Shown: positions 52,210 to 63,927 of the stretch, piece by piece
Layout: each line of letters starts with the position of its first letter
Position numbering within the stretch: position 1 is the stretch's first letter
Source: Geosiphon pyriformis uo1
Lineage: Eukaryota > Fungi > Glomeromycota
Assembly (NCBI GenBank): GCA_016748015.1
Contig: JAAOMT010000372.1
Span: 434,074 to 498,000, forward strand
Length of the DNA: 63,927 nt
Reading direction: 5' to 3'
Made by a program: the position numbers and the translations under genes
Notes under the pieces: model-generated
The model's input: only the letters and a program-made list of their open reading frames with translations
What the model was told of the DNA's origin: nothing
Database searches by the model: none

Positions 52210-53192
52210 GAAAATCAACATGAACGCAGCTTCATTCGAGTTGCAAAATTTAGACTGAAAATAACCAAATTCAAGAGAGTTCTTTTTTTTAGAATTTTCT
52301 TGAGGATACAGTCAATATAGCCTTGTCAAGCTAAACTTTGGCATGGTTTCTTTAATGAACAAAAAAATTTGGTTTAATCACTAGTGATTAAACCCATAAG
52401 TTGATGGATGTCCTTAAAAGGAGCATCTGACAAATAATTTATGGTTTTCAGATACAATAATCTTCAAAATTTAATAGTAAACTTTCTATATATATATATA
52501 ACAAATTTAAAAGAACTTAAACATTGAAACCTGAAACCATCTAAGATTTTAAATTATCTTTTTTTACATTCACTTAAAGTTTGTTTTAAATCTCATTGAG
52601 AAGCCTTTTTTTTTAATTAATTTTTCGAGATTTTATTAATTTTCTCATGTATCATAACTAGCATTATTGCATTTATTCAATCAAGCATTTTCTTTCAAAA
52701 AAAAAAAAAAATTTTAAGTTAGGTAAACTTAGAAAGAAATAGTAGTAGCAAATAGATTTTGATTATTTTTTTCTTTCAAATGTAGATCCAAATCGTGAAA
52801 ATCCGATAGAGATGAACAACGACATATAAAGGCTCAAAGAATCAAATATATGATTCGTAATGAGGTTTTTGAAATGAAATAATTTTTTTTTCACCAATAT
52901 GAATTATCTTTTTTAATCTTTATTATAAAATAAAATAAAAAGGGAAAAGGATTAAAAATTAAATTTAAAATTAAATTCGTGTGTTTTATGCATTATCAAA
53001 CTAATTGTTGATTAAGTAATATTTTCATAATTAACTTTGAAAATTTGATTTTTTAATTTTTCTTTTCGTGCTATTGAAATCTAACGAGAAATTAATAATT
53101 TTTTTTTTAAGACAGCAATCGAATGATTGTTGTTAATAATAATAATAATAATAATAATAATGGGCCTCACTCGTTAAATAAAATAAAAATAA

Positions 53193-53329
<137 letters not shown>

Positions 53330-54777
53330 TCTTTTAAACATTTATTTTTTGATCCTTTGTAAAAATTCTATCTATAATCCCCTTCCCACCACTGTTCAGT
53401 TATGATCAATGATCATTACTAAAAACTTGATTAAATTGGTCAAACAAACACAAATGCAATTCGTTCAATTCAAGCATTGTTTCAAATAATCTTGTTACCA
53501 AGAAATTGTTACACAAAATACCCGATTTCTATTGTTTCCAAAATCATTCTTTTTTTGAACTCAATTTTCTTTAAACAAAATAATTATATATGACTGACTG
53601 TCTGTCTGTCTGTCTGTCTGTCTACCTGTCTGCCTTTGTTTCTAGGCATAAAAACTTAAACTGAAATAGTTTAGTTCAATCAGAAATTTGAATTTTTAAA
53701 AATAGTCTAGTTTCAAATTTTTAATACGGTTAAATCATAAAAGTTTTTCGAAAATCAATTTTTGGTTTGACAAGGATTTTTTAACCTTTGTTCTTTTTTT
53801 TTGTCTTTGTAAAAAAAATTTTTTTTGTGTTTCATTCATTTTTTCGTTTCTTTGTTTTATTTATGATGACAATATTTTGATCAAAAAAAAGATTTTTTTC
53901 ATTAAAGTTAAAGGGAATATATTATTTTTTAAATGAAAATAAATCGAAATATTTCAAAAAAAAAAAACCTTCACCCCACCCCCCTCAAATCAAATCAAAT
54001 CAAATCAAATTACAAACTCACTAGTCAAAAGCTCAATTATAAATATATTTTTTGTTAGGGGGAACTCGTTCTTTTCAAAAAAAAATATTTTTAAGGCTAA
54101 AAAAATTTTATTTTTTTAATTCAAAATTCCCATTTTAAGGCATTCATTATAGAGTACCCAGCACTTGATATGATTTCTATAAAGAACAAGGTAAAACATT
54201 TTGAAAAATAAAAAAAACAAAATAATTTATTAAAAGCTCAGACCTCAGTCTAACTCTTTTTCAAGAAACCATATACTTATCGGGAAAATCATTTCAAAGA
54301 TTTATTTATAATTTTGTTTATAATTTCTTTTAATGAGTATATTATAAAAAGTTCGAGAATAGCCAAGCTGAATTATGTCGTAATAATAAAACAAATGCAT
54401 GAACTCTGTAATGTTTAAATTATAGTGATTGAAAATATATTAAATTGAATATCCTCATAGATAACTTATCAATGGTATGCAACATGGGATTGTACAATCA
54501 ACAACAAACCTATTATCATTACTAAATTTAAAGATTATTATTATAATTTCCGAAGACACTCTTTGTGTAACTATATATGCTCTCTGTCCCCTCAAAGAGA
54601 AATACGAAAGAATTTGTACCATTTTTTACAATGGATCATTGGGTAAATCTACTAGGCTTGCATCCCATTCTTGAAAGGGTTAAATTTTATTGGCAGAAAA
54701 TAAGTCTCATAAATTCACAATTATCCTTATTTATACATGATATTCATGAAAATGACAAATTCTTGGCACGATTTAGG

Positions 54778-55634
54778 GATACAAAGAATTATTTAATGCG
54801 AGCCAGGAGTCTCATTAACCGGTAATATAATATAAATTAGTTTAATTCTCGGTATCAATTAAATTAACTTAAATATTCTTTGTTTCTAAAAAGTCTTTTT
54901 AATCTATTGGATTACCCTAATAATAAACTTTAGTTACCATATAGAAATAATGCTATTCGCCAAAAAAAACTAGTACAGTGTAAATAACGTAAAAAAAAAA
55001 AATCTGCATGCCATTCTATGCATCGTCAAAAAATAATTAAAATTTTTTTCAGTTTGTAATAATCAGATGTTAATCATTTGCTAATATGATTAAAAAAATA
55101 AAAAAAGATGGAAATAAATATCCCATTCTTAATTCTAATTTTGGGAATTTCGAAACACTGTTCTTAAAAAATCGTGGCGATGCTAATTCCAAGAGAGTAG
55201 ACAGAAGAATTCTTGAGTGCTTTTTTTTTTTGATACAAATATTAATAGTCACATTTGATTAGATGGGTTAATTTTAATTCTTTGTTAAAGACATCTTATT
55301 ATTATATCTAAAGATTAATCGGTTTTTACTATAGAAATTCTTTTATTTAGGTCACAGTGCAATTTTTACTTTAATATAAAAATAAAACTCTTTTAGAAGC
55401 TACTCAATATTTTTTAACTTTACTTGATCTTTACTTGATAACATAGATAATTTTAAAATAAATCATTATATTCTGATATTTAATTTGATAGTTTCTAACG
55501 ATTCTATTAATAATAAAGATTTTTTGTAAAACTTGAATTCTAATTCGTTTCTTCTTTTTTTTTTCTTTTTTTTTTTAATAAAAGAGCTATATTTATCGAT
55601 TAAACAAAGGATATTATCCCTGCTTATTCTCTTT
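54778..55634 (-). repeat. Right arm of the ~0.82-kb inverted repeat
   Basis: Reverse complement of 49494-50310 (see left arm). Confidence 0.95.
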
Positions 55635-56779
55635 CTTTGTCTAGATTTTATTAGATATCTAGGGGTAAATTTTGAATTATAAACTTAATTTATAAATGGA
55701 GCCCTTGTTTTTGGATTTATTAAGTTAGACAAACAAGAATTAAATTAAACGAATGATTAAACTTAACCTTTTTTTGTACAGTTTTTAAGTAATAATATTT
55801 TTGTTTTAAATTTTTATTAATTATTAAATGTGAAACCTTGACTATTTTTATTATTGAAAATTTTAAATAATAATAATAAGGCTCAATATATTATTATAAA
55901 TAAAAATACCATTATTGTGAACATGTTGAGTAACAAATAAAAGATGATTATAAATTTTATAATATATATTTTTATAAAATAAAAAAAAATGAAAATTTAA
56001 CTTTTTGGGAGAAAAAAAAAATTTAAATAATTTATCATTTCGCGAATAACGAAAAAAATATATACAATAAATATTTTGTAAACAAAATAAAAATTAATTT
56101 TTGAAAATAAAAAAAATATATATATATATATTTTTTTTTATACTGTAACATATAATTATTTAAAATCAAATGTTCTCTAATTTATTTTTAATAATTGATT
56201 TTACTAAAAAAAGTCAATTTTCATAATAAAATATATTTTAATAAATGAACAAAATATATATATTTTAACAGTATTTTATTTCATATATTTTCAAATATAT
56301 ATTTTTTTTATAAAAACAAAATGTACATTTTTTATCAAATTATAAAATCTTAAAAATTTTTCAGTTTAAAGTATAACATATTTGTGAAATGTATGAGATG
56401 ATACAAATTTCAAGATGTATTATTACAAATGTTTTTTCATTCAGCTTTTTACTTGAAATTTTTTTATACTTTGATCATTCATTTACCGTTTAAATCTAAA
56501 TAATTGGTCTACCAAAAGTAATAATACTGTCTTTTTAACTTATTATTACTTACCTCGTGTAGTACACACAGTAAAAAAAAAAATGCTAAAATTATAACGA
56601 ATTGAAACTTTCAATATAAAACTTTACACAAAGAGTACTTTTTTATGATTTCATTCAGGCCTTTGTTCAGACGTACATTACAAGATCGTGTGGCATTTAG
56701 TGCATGGATTTTAAAGAAATATAAAAAGGTGAAAATCCAAAATATAAAAATTCTTTATCATATTAGAAGTTTTTCTCTA

Positions 56780-57582
56780 ATGGATTTGGAAGTCAATTCT
56801 GAAAACTACTGTTTCAGTAACAGTAACAGTGGCATTAACAGTGACAGTAACAGTAACAGTAACAGTAACAGTAACAGTAACAGTCAAAGAATAAAACCTA
56901 CTTTAGATTCAAAAGAAAATCAGAATGTAGATAGTTTGGATGTAAATTTTAATGAAATTTTAATATTCCCAGAACCATCAAAAGAATCTAGTCCAACTTT
57001 ATCATTAAATGAACTATCAACGAATAATTTAAACATTAATACATCTTCTACGACAGTTATCCTAACCCAGACTATAGTTTCTCCAAATAGTTCCATCTCT
57101 TCTTCTTCTTCCCCTCTAACATCACCAACAATATCGACTCCCTTAATAATACCTCCAATACAAGCGGTAAATTGTCGACAAAGATCTGTATCAATTGAAT
57201 CCCTGCCAAAATATTCTACATCAATTAATGATAAGCCACCAAAATATTATCGTCCTTGGATAATGGATATGGATCCTTTTCAAGAAGTTAAACCAAGTCA
57301 ATCTAAAAGATCTTGGTCAATTACCAAGAAAATATATTTTTTTGGATTTATTTTATGGCCAATTTGGATAGTTGGTACAATATGGATTTGTGCCAAAGAT
57401 AAAGAGAAGAAGCGATGGTGTGAGTAAACTTTGAAACTTGGTCTTTAATAATTTTCAAGGTTTTAACTTTACTAATTTATACTTAAAACCTTTTTCTAGC
57501 ACAAAGATGTTTAATAAACAGCATAATTGCAATACCAATTTCCATCTACGTTATTGTGTCTCTGGTCAAAACTTTATCATGA
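56780..57582 (+). CDS. PY-motif small membrane protein, copy 3 (close inverted duplicate of copy 1). Exons 56780-57419, 57500-57582
   Basis: Shares TLDSKENQNVDSLDVN, SPNSSISSSSSPL and DKPPKYYRPW with copy 1 and has an expanded (NS)n tract. C-terminus EKKRWSQRCLINSIIAIPISIYVIVSLVKTLS*. Confidence 0.87.
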
Positions 57583-59599
57583 GAAATTTTTTTTTTATAA
57601 TTTTACTTTTCTAGTAACATAAAATACCCCAATTCAAATATTTTTCAAAATTTTAGGAATAAAAATTATTATTTCCCATGACCCAAAGTGTAAGATTTAT
57701 AGATTATATTAGAATTAATGTTTACCCATTATTTTATGAAACCAACTAAATAACTTTTTTACTTATAAAATTGAATTTAAAAAAATATTTTAAATCAAAC
57801 CGATTACTTCTTAATTTGCAATCTAAATTATCGGGATCATTTTAATTCAATTCTGCCGCTAATATATGCCTAAAACATAAAGTATGGGAAAACCCTTTTT
57901 TCCATTAATTTTTATAGCTTTGTAAGCTATATTAATTTGAACATTTTGAACATTTTAAAGAAAAATTTATATTTGAACCCATTTTTTTTTTAGAATGATA
58001 GAATTCTTGTGAAACTTTTAATTTAAATTCATGAAAAGTGTTTAAGTTAAAAAGAATAGTATAAAAAAAATTGTATTATTTAATAATATAACTTTTCTTT
58101 TAATATTAAGTTTTTCCTGTTCAAAGATTTTTAATGTAATTTTTGAGGAAAATAAAAAAATTGAAACTGGTTTTAATTTAAACAAGTAATTCAAGCTATT
58201 TTATTTTTTTTATTATAAAACCTTATACGAAATATTTTAATAGTTAATTAAAAATGTTTAAACATGAATAATAATAAAAAAACCTTGACTTACAGAAATC
58301 GTGAATTGTAACTATTTCTTATTAATTTTTGTTGTTGTACTAAATTAAACAGAACAGCAAACTAATCAAAAAAATTTTAGGCAAATGGTTATTAACCAAT
58401 AAATTATTTGTGTATTTGTACTAAAATTTATTTTGTTGAAAAGGTGGAGATTAGATTCATATTTTATTTTTTTATATTTTTTCGTTTATTAAAAAGTAAA
58501 TAAATAATTGGATTAAGGAATTATTTAAAAACATATCCTAAAAAAGTATAAGAATAGTAAAATTTTTATTCTTTGAACTGCAAAGAATCTTATTGATGAC
58601 GATTTCATAACTTTATTTGGAACACTAAAAAAAACTAAAAAACCTGATGATCATCTGTGCAGCAATGTGTAAAATGTCACAAAATTTGAAACAATCATTA
58701 CAATGTAAAGCTGATCTCGTTAATATTTAATTGGATTCTTTCTGCAAACAATGTTAAATTCATTGTTTATAATATTATGTTCAAACTAATCACTATTGTT
58801 TGTAGTTTCATATATTCTTTTGAAAAAAAGTTTGACAAATCCTCACCCTTCTTTTTTAATATCCTTTTTAAAAAAAAAAATTCATTTAATATCACGTAAT
58901 TTCAGGTTCTTATAATAGTTAATATACCACCCACGCTTAAGTAAGATCATGTACACATTTATTAAAATTTTAATTTTGTCAAAGGGAGGAATAATACAAG
59001 TATTAAAAAATTCAAAGATAAACAAATCCATATGACTTATTCGTGGGAAAATATATTATACAGATCTTTGTTCTTTTACCCTTTATCCATTTCTTTAATG
59101 GTCTGAATTTCTTTGTTTCTTTTTCAAATTAATAAAAACCATGTAACAATCAAATGAAAAAGATTTTATTAACAGTTTCATTTAATCAATATATTTTTAT
59201 TTCCTCATCATAATATTGAATTTTGATTGAACCAAACTAATTTATCTCACAAAGAATTTTTCTTTCTTTCTTTATTTCTTTCTTTCTTTCTTTTCTAAAT
59301 TACCTTGTCTTTTACATGCAACATTTCGTGCATTGCTTTGTCGACAGTATGCAATTGATCAATTGGTCTTGAAGATTTTTTTTATATTAAATTTTTTCAA
59401 TATATAAAAGGAAAATGTATTGATCCTGAATGATACAGAATAAAAAAATTCTAGAGAAAATCAATTTTTTTAACGTTATTTTTATTCTCTATCATTTTTT
59501 TCTATATGAGCCTAAATCTATTGAACTTTAATCATATAATAAATTTTCTTTTTGATTCTTATCAGAAAATTATTTTTAAAATTGTAAATAGTATATTTC

Positions 59600-61620
59600 A
59601 AAATTATAAGTTTTAAGTTTAATAACCTTAAAAATTATATATTCTTTCAATAGTAAAAATACACAATATTGTTCAAAATTCTCGTGTCATTTAATAATAA
59701 TAATAATAATAGTAAAGTAAAATCAAGTTTTTAAAAAAAACAATGATAACAAATTTTTGATTTAAATTTAATAACCTTAAAAATTATATATTCTTTTAAT
59801 AATAAATTTATTAGAATTAATAATGAAAAAAAATTTATAAAAGTTTTAATAAAAGTAACAAAAATAAAAAAAATTCATTAAAATATAAAAATATAAAAAA
59901 CTAATATAAAAATAAATTTATTAATTATAAAAATCAATAAAATTAAAATACAGTATTTATAATAATAATTAAACATATATTTAAGTATTTGTTTTATTTT
60001 TTTAAAAAATATTTATTTTAAAGCTTAATAATTTGTAAAAATTAAATAAAATTAGTCGTAATACAAATATGTTTGTAATAAAATATTATTAATTAAATAT
60101 TATAAAAATAGTTTTTTATTAAATTATTATAATAAAATTTTTACGACTTTATTCAATTTTAAAATAAACAAATATATCTTTAAAATTTAGCCAAAAAATT
60201 AAAATAAATAATAAAACTTATTAAAGATTATTAATAACTGTAGTAATTAGTTTTGAAGTTAATTTTTTGGTTTTTTATTAATATTTTTTTAATAACTAAC
60301 TTAATTAATTTTATTAACAAAACTAACTTAAATAATTTACTAAGCTTTTACTTTAACAATTATAAACAGATAAATTTATTTTTTATACTTTAATATTATT
60401 CTTTTTATTTAAATTTTTAATAAATTACAATATTTAATTAGAATTATAAATCTGAGTTTATTATCTTTTACCAGAATTGTAATTTATAATACATATATAA
60501 ATTTATAATAAGAAGAATTTTTTATATACCAAAATTACGGTACTTAATTATTTTATTTTTAGAATTAGTTATTAATTTGATCATTGATTTGATTAATAAC
60601 TTAATTGTTAACTTAGTTATTAATCTGATTATTGACTTAATTGTTAATTAAATCGTTTACCAAATTTTTAACTTTGTTCATTTGTTCTTTTTATTAACTA
60701 TATAAACAAGACCTTGAAAACTGTAAAAAATTATTTGAACTTATTTAAAACTATTTAATAATATAATTATTTTAATATTTTTTTTTTATTTTTAGATTAA
60801 AGTCAATACTATTTTTTTTCCTTTTTTTAATTTTTATTTTATTAAAATTAGCTTAAAAAATAAGAAACTTGTTTTAATTTAATGAATAAACAATTGTTAA
60901 AAATAATTGATAAAGTATCTGTTATTAAATTCTGAAATACCAATTGAAACATAAAATTATAACAATTATATTATTTTTTATTAAATATTAAAACTATATT
61001 CTAAATTTCAGATTTCTTTTGTAAAAATTAATAACTGTATTTTTAAAACTAATCAAATTTATTGAATTGGTTACATATTCAATTTTTTTATTAATTAAAA
61101 TTTTTTTTGTTAAATTTATATTATTTTTAATTATCTTACTTACTTTGAATTGTAATATTATGATCAAAACTTATTTTTTTAATTATGCAAAAAAAAATTT
61201 TTTTCTTATAATGTTATATTATAAACTATGTTTTATTTTTTATTTGAGTAAGAAATATTTCAATTATATAACTTATAGAATTACAATTATTTTTCTTTCT
61301 TTTCAGATCAAAGTTATTCTTTTTTTTTTCTTGAATTCTATTGCTAAAATTAGCTTAAGAAGTAAAAAAAAAAAAAAAATTGCTTTTGTAATTTATTAAA
61401 TAAACAACTATTGAAAATAATCAAGTTTTGTTATTAAATTTTATAAAATATTACTAAAACATAAAATTATACAAACTGTGTTATTTATTTTATTTACAAT
61501 TACAAACTATTTTTCTACTTTTAAAAAATTAACAAATTTAAATTTTTCACATATTTTATTTATCTTTTAATAAGATTTTTTTTTGTTAAATTTATATTGT
61601 CCTTAATTACTTTATTTTCA
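59600..61620. repeat. AT-rich relic with internal degenerate direct duplications
   Basis: A ~40-bp direct repeat (59611-59651 / 59761-59801), a ~12-bp periodic tract (~60565-60650) and a degenerate duplication (~60840-61140 / ~61345-61620). Confidence 0.55.
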
Positions 61621-61662
61621 GTTATTTGTTAATACGTTAACTGAAAACATAAAGCATACAAG

Positions 61663-62279
61663 TCATTGGTATGGATTTCTTTTAAGGCATTTTGATGGCA
61701 TACTAAGGTTTATTTTATTACCCTTACACACTTTTAGGGATATCACTTTACAAACCGCAGTTGTATAAGATATTTGAAATCTGGAGCGAAGTAATCCCAT
61801 TTGCCTTGTCTTCCATAAGACAATAAATGGTATTTTCATGTTTTTTTTATCGATATGGTTTAATTCTGCCAACTTTTGTACATGCCTAAGATGAAGTGAT
61901 TAAGCATTGGAAAGGTTATACCATAGCTGTCTAATGAAGCTAATGAGGTAAAGAAGCTAAATTCGGAAAGTTTGAAAGACTGGTGGAGTAAATGACTGGT
62001 ATGTATCAAACTTCTGAAATTTCACTGAGCTTTTGTGTTTGGGCGTTATTATTCTACTGGTATTTTACTGACATGTAAATTGCTCTTGGCATCTAGTGGA
62101 GAATAATTCTGGGTTTTCTTATTAAATTAAAGAGTTCTGTTTGTGCGTGTTGCAAGAAGACGACGAGCATCTGGTACAAACTTCAAGGAAATTTGCTCAA
62201 AATAAAAAATAATAGGGTTCAGGTCACGAGTGGTTGATTTTTGGCTAACAAAAAAATTATTATTTGTGATTGAAGTCAT
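61663..62279 (-). pseudogene. Possible HMG-box (MATA-HMG-like) pseudogene
   Basis: Higher-GC segment starting with ATG at 62279, with in-frame stops. Fragments IRQLWYNLSNA*...QKLAELNH and IPFIVLWKTRQ...TAVCKVISLK loosely resemble HMG-box helices. Confidence 0.3.
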
Positions 62280-63494
62280 TTTTTGTCAAACCTATATAAA
62301 TATTATAATATAATCATATTGATTCCATTAGACAATTTCAACAAAACGAAATAAATTGTCAAAAATTTTGCAAGTCTTTTAGGACCTCTTAAAAAATTGT
62401 ATAGGTCATTTAACTTTGAACGAGCGCAATGGAAATGAACGAATTGAATATTTTTGCTAAAGTGGATCACCAAATTTCCCGATAAATTGCAACCGTGTAG
62501 AGAATGTCAAAAATTTCCACAAACAGTAATTATTTGTAGACCAAAAACAAACGTTGTTTTTAATTGTTTCACAGTCAGTGAAAACTCAAAGAATACTAAA
62601 ATGGGTAGATAATAACAATAATAATTTAATGATAATTAAACAAATAAGAACCGTAACATTTCTGCTCTCCCAGGCTTTTTCCTTTTTTAATGATAAATTC
62701 TAGCATACTTGGAAAAAACCCATCACATATCAGATATTTAACTCAAACCCTCGGATTTTGATAAGAAATCGCCACCAAAAACGTCAATAAATTTTTTATT
62801 TATAATTTTTATTGGATTATTACTCTACCTGATTCAATCGTCTCCTAAAAGAAATTGGCTACCAGAATCAAATTGGAAATCAACAGAGAATACAAAATCA
62901 AATGGAAAAATCAACTTGAACTCAAGAAAGAGCACAATAAATAGCCCAGTTCAAGCAAGCGACATGTTTTAGTCCAACATTTTTGAAGAGACAAATCACA
63001 GCAAAACAGAAATAAGAGTAAAGGTTATGTTCTTCGAAAAATTTACAACCCAAAAAATTTTTTTAACTCAACATTTATCGGAAAGGAAACATTATTCAAT
63101 TATCAGGTCTAACCAGCTTTTTGGTAAATACCTTTTAGAAAATACAACTACATATTAATTTCTGGCCAAGATTGTGAAATACGCGAACAAAAGTTTCAAT
63201 CTATTAGAAAGAAAGCAGAAATTAGGAGACAGTAGAATTTTTAGTATAGAATTAAAAATTTTGTTTGAAGTTATCCAATTCAATTTCAATATTTTTTAAC
63301 CTTAAATTTTTACTTTAAGTGAATGTTGAAATCAGAGAAGAGAAAAGGGAAAAAAATTATCATTGTATTCTAGTTTTTCCTATGAAAGTTTTATGGGCCT
63401 TGATAAAGAAGTGACTCCGCTAAAATATATGGGAAGATTCAAGAGCGTAGGGTTAATACTATGATTTTGCAGGTTTTAACAGGTACAGGTTGCC

Positions 63495-63531
<37 letters not shown>

Positions 63532-63927
63532 GCACTAAAGATAGCAAAGAAATGTTATTACAAATTTATTGGTCATGGCATAGCTGAAGGTAATTATTAC
63601 CTGGTGTTTTGTCTTACTTTAGTGTTAGCAAAGTATAATTGATAAATTTTATAAAATTATTTAAAGCTATTACCATGTTCGCAGCAGTACAATTTAAAGT
63701 GAGGTATGGAAAATAAAAGTTTCCCATATAAATTTTGGCTCTCTACGAATAGGTAATGGGTACTTTGGAAATTATGTTGAAAGAGGATTTATTGTCTATC
63801 GTGTTACCCATTCAAACGATTGGTATCCTCTATTATGAGTCATATTCAACCAGAATATTGGATTCCAAGCGACGACGATTGTGAGTGTTGGTCATCCGGT
63901 TTGTAACTTCAATCAATTGAGTTCATG

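Overview
AT-rich, intron-containing eukaryotic DNA, most likely from a Glomeromycotina/Mucoromycota-type fungus (inferred from gene content, short introns and (AAT)n tracts). Genes supported by reading the sequence: a Rax1-like RGS membrane protein, SKP1 (5 exons, one GC-AG intron), three secreted proteins (Gly/Asn-repeat, Phi-1/EXORDIUM-like, tandem-repeat), a beta-carbonic anhydrase, an RWD-RBR E3 ligase, two tandem PB1-domain paralogs, a 9-exon SV2/SVOP-like MFS transporter, and three paralogous PY-motif membrane proteins arranged around a large inverted repeat. Features the ORF track largely misses: two independently decayed copies of one Fanzor (eukaryotic TnpB, Fanzor2/IS607-type) RNA-guided nuclease family at 4.7-5.8 kb and 35.3-36.7 kb, the first keeping omega-RNA-like hairpins at its 3' end; a Harbinger-type MITE; and AT-rich blocks, one decodable as a LINE with heavy C>T/G>A damage. 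The best candidates for undescribed biology are (1) the Fanzor family, (2) a soluble PB1-UBA protein paired with a membrane-anchored PB1 that keeps only the acidic face, and (3) a potentially invertible cassette bounded by a 416-bp near-perfect inverted repeat. All calls are by-eye readings and no searches were run.
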